A stretch of 64,000 bases of DNA, taken from positions 4,256,001-4,320,000 of the forward strand of contig CBDASK010000003.1 in assembly GCA_965199495.1 (NCBI GenBank), in the 5' to 3' direction. Positions 56,250 to 64,000 of this stretch are shown here, piece after piece (the first letter of the stretch is position 1; each line of letters begins with the position of its first letter). A program made the translations under genes and the position numbers. Source of the DNA: Abditibacterium sp. (GTDB lineage Bacteria > Armatimonadota > Abditibacteriia > Abditibacteriales > Abditibacteriaceae). The notes beneath the pieces were generated by a model. That model was not told the origin of the DNA and did not search any database. It was given only the letters and a program-made list of their open reading frames with translations.

Positions 56250-56359
56250 GATAACTTCGGTTTTGAGTGGATTGAACAAAATAGGCGCGCGCCTATTTGA
56301 GGCGAGACGCGCGAAAGCCAAGGCCAAAAGCGGGAAAACTCACTTTTGGCGTGAAGTTA

Positions 56360-56791
56360 TCAGAAGGGTGGGGCGCGCGACGAAAAGCGGTGGGCGACTA
56401 ATAAATGCGGCGGCCCATGAATCGGCGGTGCGAAATCGCAGCGCATCCAAACCGGCGCCCGCAAATTTATTGTAGGCGCGAAAACAAGCGCGCCAACATC
56501 GAAGCGAACCGAATTCGCGCTGGAATCGGGCGCAACCGCAGCGACGGCAGCCGCGACTTCGCAGTGGCAGGAAGTTTTCGCCGGACGATGTTTGCGGCAA
56601 CAATCCCGCGAATGATCGGACGCGCGCGCAGCGGTTTCGCCGCAGTGCGAGCAAACCATAACGCGCGCCGTGGCTGCTGGCGCCGCGCCACTAAAACCAC
56701 AAGCACAAGCCGAAATCGGAGCCAGCGCCATCCAAAAAATGGCGACGAGGGACAGCAAAGTTCCCAACCGGTTCCAGCGCGAAATGTTCAT
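56360..56791 (-). CDS. DUF2946/CruR/CutF-like Cys-His-rich peptide ending in RAPP
   Basis: Signal/TM helix, CxxC/CC/CxC, HGPP and C-terminal RAPPF; upstream of a Cu protein. Confidence 0.7.
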   Translation of the reverse strand: MNISRWNRLGTLLSLVAIFWMALAPISACACGFSGAAPAATARVMVCSHCGETAARASDHSRDCCRKHRPAKTSCHCEVAAAVAAVAPDSSANSVRFDVGALVFAPTINLRAPVWMRCDFAPPIHGPPHLLVAHRFSSRAPPF

Positions 56792-56956
56792 AACTTAGGG
56801 CGAGCGTCGTTAGTATAAGATACCCCAGCCCCCTATGAATATTTCGCGTTGATTTTAACTCAAATTGAGATTTGAACGGCACGCTTTGAACAAGTGGCTT
56901 TTTCTTCAATTGGGTTAGAGTTACTGGTTTGCCGACAAACTCAAGAACCCCAGACA

Positions 56957-57595
56957 TTAATAATCTTTGCGCGCAATTTTCCACGACGAAACCATCCAAC
57001 CGCCCGCTTGCTTTTGCAGCGTGGCGGCGCCCGTCCCGATTTTCTTGAGTGACGGTTCGTTCGACGTATTTTCCGGCCCAATCCAAAACACGTTGAACCG
57101 CACGGCGACGCGACTTTGGCCCGTCATTTTTCGATTGGTCACGCGAACGTAAGGCCGCTCGTGCATGGTGTTCGAGGTGTTATAAAACCAGCCCAACTTA
57201 TCGCCGCTGAGATGGGCCGTGCTGTTGAGTTCGGTGAGTTTCCACTGTTGCAGGTCTTGTCCCGTCCAATCTTTGACAAATTTCTTCGCCATCGCGCGCA
57301 TGATGAAGCCATCGTAATTTTTCTGGTCGTGACCTTTGGTATAAGCGTCGGGAAACTGGCCCCACAGCGCCTGATCTTGCACCCAATTCATCAACTGAGT
57401 TTGCGAAAGCGGCTTGGCCGCCGAGAAGTCGGGCACATCCACCAAATAATTGAGTCGTTGCTCGATTTGTCGATGGCTCAAAGCCGCCGTGGCTGCTGGT
57501 GTGGGCTTATGAGTTGGTTTCGCGTGCGCGACAAACTGCGGAATTATGGCGCTGGCGATAACCAATACGTAACCAACCTTTTTGAAGAATTTCAT
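56957..57595 (-). CDS. Secreted hypothetical protein
   Basis: Signal peptide AHA; GGAGG RBS. Confidence 0.7.
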   Translation of the reverse strand: MKFFKKVGYVLVIASAIIPQFVAHAKPTHKPTPAATAALSHRQIEQRLNYLVDVPDFSAAKPLSQTQLMNWVQDQALWGQFPDAYTKGHDQKNYDGFIMRAMAKKFVKDWTGQDLQQWKLTELNSTAHLSGDKLGWFYNTSNTMHERPYVRVTNRKMTGQSRVAVRFNVFWIGPENTSNEPSLKKIGTGAATLQKQAGGWMVSSWKIARKDY

Positions 57596-57741
57596 GGTTT
57601 ATTTCCCTCCGAATTAAGCTAAATTTTAGCACAAAGATTCGCTCGACATCAGCCACGCTGCCGACCAACAGAAAGATTAATGAACCGATTGTCGAAATAG
57701 TCGGAAAATTAAGTTAAAATCAAATATTGAAGGAATTTAAT

Positions 57742-57981
57742 ATGAGCAAAAAAGACAATTTTAGCGACCAGTTAGAAGATATTCAGGCGGTGCGCGCGCA
57801 CCTGTCGCAGCAACTTCAGGGCGTCGAAAATGCGATGGGCGGTGCGGGTTTCATGACCGCTTACGCCGAAGTCGTTCACGCCTACGTCCGATTGTGCGAA
57901 GTCGAGCGCGGGGCTATCGAAGACGCCGGCGATCCGCCCAAAGCGACTGCGACTCCGCGCGGTCGCTCCAACGCCGATTGA
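57742..57981 (+). CDS. Small hypothetical protein
   Basis: AAGGA RBS, MSKKDNF; followed by a hairpin terminator. Confidence 0.6.
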   Translation: MSKKDNFSDQLEDIQAVRAHLSQQLQGVENAMGGAGFMTAYAEVVHAYVRLCEVERGAIEDAGDPPKATATPRGRSNAD

Positions 57982-58050
57982 AGGCACAAAAAGAAGCGGC
58001 GGCCCGATTCATTTGAATTGGGTCGCCGCTGCTTTTGAAAAATTATGGGA

Positions 58051-58455
58051 TCAAATATTGTCATCGAAATCGCTCGGAATATCTTCGGCTTCAATCATCG
58101 AAAGCGCGTTCTCGTCTATTTCCACCAAAGCAACAATCCGATTGGCGTGACGCTGCATCACTTGCTCAAAGATATTGCGCGCCAACCGAGCGTTGCCAAA
58201 TGTCTCGTCTCTCCGCTCGGTGAGCGATTGGACAAGCCCCAACACTTTCTCGCGCGCTGATGCAGCCACGTCGAACCCGGCCTCGGTGCAGAACAGCTCA
58301 AATATCTCGACAAGTTGCAGCGAATCGTAATCGCTAAAGTTGAAGTATTTGTTGAATCTCGACCGCAAACCCGGATTGGAAGCCAAAAACGTCTTCATCT
58401 TGCCGGTATAGCCCGCAACGATAACGATTAAGTCGTCGCGATTGTCTTCTATTTG
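58051..58455 (-). pseudogene. 3' fragment of a SpoVK/CbbX AAA ATPase
   Basis: EDNRDDLIVIVAGY..M..FL.SNPGLRSRF..FGNAR..RN; Walker A/B absent; abuts the R-M gene stop. Confidence 0.75.
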
Positions 58456-58456
58456 C

Positions 58457-61351
58457 TTACATCGGCGCACTCATGCAATCATTCGAAAAGAACGCGGTAT
58501 CTTTGGCCCACTTATCGGGTAAACCGGGCGCGATGATAGATTGATTCGCAGCCTCATGTGCGGCCAATTCGCCGTTGAGCGCGAGCAGAAACGCGAGCGG
58601 TTCGTCTTTGGCGTTCATGCCGTAGGCCGCGCGCACCGCCGCGTCGAGTTTGTTCTGCGCCGTCGTGAGCGGATTTTCGCCCGGCGCCTCGGCGTGCCGA
58701 TAGAGTTCGCGCAAACTCCATTTGTTCTCGTTCATCACGCGATGACGTAGCGCCCGCAAGTCGCGCCCGGCAGCAGCCACGTCCAACGCCTGTTTCCGCG
58801 TCGGCGATTGCGGCCAGCCGAAAGAATCAAATACCGTGTCGGATGTATAACGCCAATCACTCTTGAGAGTAGAGCAACGCGCACAGAACCAATCCCAATG
58901 TAAATCCGACTGAAAGATTCCAAAAGAATAATCGTCGGCGAGAGGGAAAACAGAAAGCGCATCGCCGGGATTGATTTCGGGCGACACAAAATCGAAAATT
59001 GGGCGCTTTGTTACACGGACGCACACAATATAACGTGGAACAGTAGCTAATTTCCTCATCAACTCGCCGCGATTACGCCAATGCTTCCACCATTTTTTCG
59101 CATGGGTCTGACGCGGGCCTTTGTCCTTCCCCGTCGTTTTCTTCTCACTTTCTGCTTTCTCTGTGACTGTTGGTAGAACTTGTTCTCTCACTCGCGCAAA
59201 CAATTTCTTGTAGGCAGCAGCACCGAATTGATCGCGATCTCCGAAGTCAATAATGTAGCGGAGCGGTTTCATGGGATGTGTGCCGAGCAAATCGTCTCCG
59301 ATCAGATAAGGCCGCACGACATCAGAATTGCGTGGTTCAGTGAGTAGATTATGCGCTTCGTCGGGTGTCAACAGAAAACCTTCATGACCCTGAGTTTGGC
59401 CTTGATAACAAGCACCAGATTTGGCATTTGCTTTCAATTTGATGGCGCTCGCTACATCGAGCGACTCGGATAAGGATGACGAAATGAATGGAAGCTCGCG
59501 CAACTCGAACGGTGAGTCAACGCGATCTCCAACTTGCCAAGAGAGCGCGAAAGGGCCGTTTGCTGAACCCTTAATCCAGTTAGCGAGCGAGACATAGACA
59601 GCGGCATCACCTGACCAAACTTGGGTTCCAACTGCATTGGTAATGGTGCCGCCGTTTGCAACGATGTAATCAAGTCCGCCTACACGAGAAAAATTCTGGC
59701 GAATGGTGTTAGTGCCGACCAATCCCGCTCGCTGACCCGCACGAAGATGGTCGTGAGCGCGCCGAAACCAATAAACGCAGAAATCGGCGCGGCCCGGCAC
59801 GTCGGGATATTTCTCTCGCACGCGCGCCACATAATCAGCGCCGAACTCGGTTGGCATATTTGTAAAAGATTGAAACGGCGGGTTGCCCACGATGCAATCC
59901 ACGCGCGGCCAAGGGGTAAATAACGCGTCGGCGCACACGATTTGTTTGTCCAGATTATCGAGCGGCAGCGCCTCGTCCCAGTCGGGCGGGAGCGGCGAAT
60001 CGCCTTTTTGCGCGGCGACGCGCATCTCGGAAACCGTCAACTCTTTGGCGATCATCAGCGTGACGCGCGCGAGTTCGACCGACAGCGAATTGGTATCTAT
60101 CCCATGAAACTGGCGCGTCGAAACGCTGGGCGCGTGCGCCAGATAAGCCAACGTCTGCGCCTTATCGAGTTGGTGCAAGCGTTCGAGCAATTGCAGTTCG
60201 AGCCGCTTGAGTTCGCGGTAGCCGACATAAAGAAAATTGCCGCCGCCGCACGCTGGATCGAGCACGCGAAACGCGGTGATTTCGCCGTGCAGCGCGCGCC
60301 CAATTTCCCAATCGGCGATTTCGTCAATGCGCGCGCGCCACGGCGCAACAATCGTCGGCCCGATGATTTTATGCACATCCAGTTCGGACGTAAAATGCGC
60401 GCCCAAGACGTGCCGCTCGTCTTCCTCGATGCCGCTTTGGAACAGCGTGCCGAAGATGGCGGGCTGCACCTTGCTCCAATCTTCGCCCGCCGCTTGCGAG
60501 AGTTGGGCGGCGTAACCGCGCTGAATTTTGGCGGGCATCTTCAGTCCGTCAAACAAGCCGCCATTGAAATAAGGCACGTCGGCGAAGCGCCCGCCGCCCG
60601 CGCGAGTGGGCGAATTCATCTGGCGAAACAGACCATTAAACAGGTCGTAGCGAAACGCGTCGTCGTCGGATTTCTCGGCGTCATCGAGCAAGCGCGAAAA
60701 GAACCCGCGCGGCAAAAGTTCGGCGTCTTCGGAAAACATCGCGACGACGCACGCCAGAATAAATCGCTGCGCCTCTTCGCGGGTGTAATCTTTGGCGCGA
60801 CTCAAATCCTTCATCACCGCCGTCACGAGGCGCGCCGCCTTGCGCGTCACGTCCACGCGATTGCTCTTAAAGCGCGGCGTGGCTGCTATCGGCTGCAAGA
60901 AAAGCAGCGCGTCGAGATTGCTCGGTTTGTTCATCGCGGCGACGGGAATCACGTCAACCGGTTCGTCTACTTGTAAGTCGAAATCGTAAATCCACAGCTC
61001 GTCAAAATTGCACAGAATTACATAACGCGGACGATTGGGCGCCAGATGAATCCAGTAATCGAGCGCTTGTTGATAAACGCCGCCCAACGCGACGCCGCGC
61101 TTTTTCATTTCGATCAAAACGCGTCCCGGCCACACCAAGTCGGCGAAACCCTTGGCTTTGCCCACGCGCGCCACGCGCTCTTCGAGCGTGGCGCCCGCTT
61201 CTTTATAACCGCCGTGTCCAAACGCCTTGAATAATCGGTCACAGAAGACTTGCGCTTCGCCCTTTTCGTCGCCTTTGAGCAAGCCCGCATATTGGATAAA
61301 TTCAGCGACGCCTTTGGTTAAATCGGAAGCGGATAAGTTGGTGGAATTCAT
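58457..61351 (-). CDS. MmeI-like Type IIL/IIG restriction-modification enzyme
   Basis: FADL....LIEMK nuclease, LDPACGGGNFL, IVGNPPF, C-terminal TRD. Confidence 0.9.
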   Translation of the reverse strand: MNSTNLSASDLTKGVAEFIQYAGLLKGDEKGEAQVFCDRLFKAFGHGGYKEAGATLEERVARVGKAKGFADLVWPGRVLIEMKKRGVALGGVYQQALDYWIHLAPNRPRYVILCNFDELWIYDFDLQVDEPVDVIPVAAMNKPSNLDALLFLQPIAATPRFKSNRVDVTRKAARLVTAVMKDLSRAKDYTREEAQRFILACVVAMFSEDAELLPRGFFSRLLDDAEKSDDDAFRYDLFNGLFRQMNSPTRAGGGRFADVPYFNGGLFDGLKMPAKIQRGYAAQLSQAAGEDWSKVQPAIFGTLFQSGIEEDERHVLGAHFTSELDVHKIIGPTIVAPWRARIDEIADWEIGRALHGEITAFRVLDPACGGGNFLYVGYRELKRLELQLLERLHQLDKAQTLAYLAHAPSVSTRQFHGIDTNSLSVELARVTLMIAKELTVSEMRVAAQKGDSPLPPDWDEALPLDNLDKQIVCADALFTPWPRVDCIVGNPPFQSFTNMPTEFGADYVARVREKYPDVPGRADFCVYWFRRAHDHLRAGQRAGLVGTNTIRQNFSRVGGLDYIVANGGTITNAVGTQVWSGDAAVYVSLANWIKGSANGPFALSWQVGDRVDSPFELRELPFISSSLSESLDVASAIKLKANAKSGACYQGQTQGHEGFLLTPDEAHNLLTEPRNSDVVRPYLIGDDLLGTHPMKPLRYIIDFGDRDQFGAAAYKKLFARVREQVLPTVTEKAESEKKTTGKDKGPRQTHAKKWWKHWRNRGELMRKLATVPRYIVCVRVTKRPIFDFVSPEINPGDALSVFPLADDYSFGIFQSDLHWDWFCARCSTLKSDWRYTSDTVFDSFGWPQSPTRKQALDVAAAGRDLRALRHRVMNENKWSLRELYRHAEAPGENPLTTAQNKLDAAVRAAYGMNAKDEPLAFLLALNGELAAHEAANQSIIAPGLPDKWAKDTAFFSNDCMSAPM

Positions 61352-61943
61352 GTTTTTTAGAGTGGGTGTTTGGTGTCACAGAAGCTGCTTTTAACCATTG
61401 AAGTAAGTCAGAGTCTGAATAGGGCCATACTCGCGCTCCATCATTTCCCAACGTTCGTTCAAATTTCGTTCGCTGAGAAATCGGTCGAATAAATCGCGAT
61501 TTGCATCCAAGTCAATCGGTTTCATATCTTCCATTGCTCGTGCGGCAGGGACGCGCTTGTTCTCGACTTCGCCGTGTAACCAACCGAGAAAGACGCGGTG
61601 CATCTGATTCATGTCTTGAATTTTTTCCATGAAGTCAAGTGTCGTTTTCCCTGATGCGTCGCGCAAGCAAAATCTTCCCACGCAAATAAGAGGGCCGCTT
61701 CCGATAGAAGCAGCCCTCTTCTCATTTCAACTTTGCTCCCTTCCTTCACGAACGATTTCAACAATCTCGTCGGCAGAAATCTCAACATCCACGCCTTCAA
61801 TGTCGAGCGGGGAGGAACTGAGTTCTGCTTCACTACTGTCGTCAAATTTTTCTTCCTCTTTTAGTCCATTCTCGTCCATTTTTAGTCTCCTTATCTCGAA
61901 GTTTAACCCGCCTTGAGCGCGCAACTTCCAACGAATTTACAAA

Positions 61944-61980
61944 CAAAAAAAGGCCGCTTCCATCGGAAGCGGCCCTTTTC
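61944..61980 (-). terminator. rpoC terminator
   Basis: GGCCGCTTCC-gat-GGAAGCGGCC followed by a U tract on the minus strand. Confidence 0.8.
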
Positions 61981-61992
61981 TATTCGACCAAC

Positions 61993-64000
61993 CTAATCCT
62001 CGTCATCGTCGCCCGAAATCTCTTTCAAGAGTTCGTCGGCGTCGTTGTCGTTGAGTTCGGCGTCGTCCAAATCATCCGAGCTTGGCTCGGAATCGTCGTC
62101 CAACACGTCGGCGCCAGAACCGTTGCCTTCGTCCAGACTCATGCCCGCCGCCGCCAGTTCGTCGTCTTCGGCGCCCAGGCCGGGCACGCTGAACACGTCG
62201 TCCATGTCGATGGGCGTGCGCGGCGCGGGGCGCGCGCGCAACTCTTCGGCGTGCATCAGGTCGGCGTTGGCCAGAGCGTATTCCACGGCATCGGGGTCTT
62301 CGTTGACCGCGATTTCGTTCTTGCGCTGCAAGCCCGTGCCCGCCGGAATCAACCGACCGATAATCACGTTCTCCTTCAGACCTTCCAGATAATCCTCGCG
62401 GCCATGCGTCGCCGCTTCGGTCAAGACTTTGGTCGTCTTCTGGAAGCTCGCCGCCGACAGGAACGACTCGGTTGCCAGGGCCGCTTCGGTGATGCCCAGC
62501 AACACGAAGTCTGCCGTGGCTTGGGTTAGGCCGCGCGCTTTGGCGTCTTCGTTGTTGGCGGTGAAGGTCGCGATGTCCACCAGTTTGCCCGGCATAATTT
62601 CGGTGTCACCAGCGTCTTTGACGCGGCGTTTACGCAGCATCTGGCGCACGATGACCTCAATATGCTTGTCGTGAATCGAGATGCCCTGCGCCTTATAGAC
62701 CTTCTGCACTTCCTGCACCAGATACTCAGCCACGCCCTTCAAGCCGCGCCACGCCAGAACATCCTGGGGCCACAATGGGCCTTTGGTTAATGTATCGCCC
62801 AGCGCGACGACTTGTCCGACACGAACATCCAAGTTGCCGCGATACGGCACAGCAAATTCACGGCGAACCGTGACTTTCTTGTGCCCGTTCTTTTCCAACA
62901 GATCGAGCAGTTTGTCGGTCAAATCGGTCGTCGCCTGCACCAGAGGTCGCGCGCCGTCCATCGGCTTGCCAGCTTCGATGGCGTCAGTCGCATAGAGCGT
63001 GCGCGCCACGCGCAGACCGATCAATTTCTCGCGATCTTGGTCAATATCATACGTCGTTTCGACCAATACCTTGCGAACGCCCGTTCGCGAGTTGTCGATG
63101 TTTTCGAGCGCCTCGAAGTCGGCCATCGCTTCGGCGCGACCGCCGCCCAGAATCGCCACGACCAAACCATCGGTATCGGTCGTGATCGCCTCGCCCTTGG
63201 GACGACGCGCCTCGAACAATTCGACGACTCGTAACAGTCCGCCGACCGACGCTTCCAGAACTTTCAAATATTTCTGGATTTCGCGCTTCTGCTCGGTCGC
63301 CGTGCCGACCATCGTGAACGTGCCCGCCGACATGTCTTTGCGCAGTTCGGCCAAAGCCTGCTGGCGCGCCTTTTTCACGTTCGCGCTACCGGTCAGGTTC
63401 TGACCCTGAGCCACGCCGCCCATGTGGAAGGTGCGCATCGTCAACTGCGTGCCCGGTTCGCCGATGGATTGCGCCGCGATAATGCCGACGGCCTCGCCGG
63501 TTTCGACGGCGGCGCCGGTCGCCATGTCGGTGCCATAGCAGTTGGCGCACACGCCGCGCCCCAATTTGCAGGTCAAAATCGAGCGCACTTTGACGCCGTT
63601 AATGCCCGCCTTTTCGGCACGCTCGGCCATCTCGCGCGTGATGCGCGCGTGCTTCTTGATCAAAACCGTGTTGTTCTTGGGATGCTTGACCTGCTCCAAA
63701 GCGATGCGCCCGTTCAAACGCTCAGCCAGAGTTTCGAGCGGCGTATGAATGCGCACGCGGCCCTTGCCGCCCTTCCACGCCAGAGTCTGCAATTTGTCGA
63801 AGACTTCTTCGGTGATATAGGTTTCGAGCGGATAAATCTCAACGGTTTTGTCGTTGGGATCCATCACCGGATCAGCCAGTCGGCGCCCGATAATCAAGCG
63901 TGAATCCACGCTCGACATCTCGTCCGATTCGTAAATCTCGCGCACGATAATACCATCGTCTGTGCCGCAATCGTCGGCGCGAATGATGACATCCTGCGAA
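61993..64000 (-). CDS. rpoC: RNA polymerase beta' subunit (3' part)
   Basis: [54 protein letters not shown]; acidic tail. Confidence 0.98.
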   Translation of the reverse strand, partial: SQDVIIRADDCGTDDGIIVREIYESDEMSSVDSRLIIGRRLADPVMDPNDKTVEIYPLETYITEEVFDKLQTLAWKGGKGRVRIHTPLETLAERLNGRIALEQVKHPKNNTVLIKKHARITREMAERAEKAGINGVKVRSILTCKLGRGVCANCYGTDMATGAAVETGEAVGIIAAQSIGEPGTQLTMRTFHMGGVAQGQNLTGSANVKKARQQALAELRKDMSAGTFTMVGTATEQKREIQKYLKVLEASVGGLLRVVELFEARRPKGEAITTDTDGLVVAILGGGRAEAMADFEALENIDNSRTGVRKVLVETTYDIDQDREKLIGLRVARTLYATDAIEAGKPMDGARPLVQATTDLTDKLLDLLEKNGHKKVTVRREFAVPYRGNLDVRVGQVVALGDTLTKGPLWPQDVLAWRGLKGVAEYLVQEVQKVYKAQGISIHDKHIEVIVRQMLRKRRVKDAGDTEIMPGKLVDIATFTANNEDAKARGLTQATADFVLLGITEAALATESFLSAASFQKTTKVLTEAATHGREDYLEGLKENVIIGRLIPAGTGLQRKNEIAVNEDPDAVEYALANADLMHAEELRARPAPRTPIDMDDVFSVPGLGAEDDELAAAGMSLDEGNGSGADVLDDDSEPSSDDLDDAELNDNDADELLKEISGDDDED

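Overview
The window has three parts. (1) 1-~37.6 kb is the integrase-proximal arm of a prophage that runs off the left edge. It carries a large serine integrase, ParB, an S24 repressor and HTH protein, many small early genes, an AAA-ATPase/DUF1257/DUF2997 module, Dcm (with intein) and Dam methylases, a replication initiator with iterons, two tRNA genes (Trp-CCA and an odd TTA-anticodon one), a lysis cassette and a folE-queD-queE-queC 7-deazaguanine cluster. (2) 37.7-46.7 kb is mostly host DNA: a KAP NTPase, a class A beta-lactamase, an epimerase, DUF4349, rplU-rpmA and REP-type inverted repeats. (3) 46.9-64 kb holds the most unusual locus, a minus-strand operon read as sigma70 promoter > Ser-rich leader peptide/attenuator > two atypical tRNAs > ubiquitin-like protein > long hairpin RNA > Ro60/TROVE-vWA > orphan > conserved Cys protein > ThiF/E1 enzyme > seven tandem circularly permuted tRNA-like (YrlA-type Y) RNAs. 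It is followed by a RAPP-peptide/cupredoxin copper locus, an MmeI-like R-M gene and the 3' part of rpoC. All family assignments come from recognising motifs by eye; no database searches were run.
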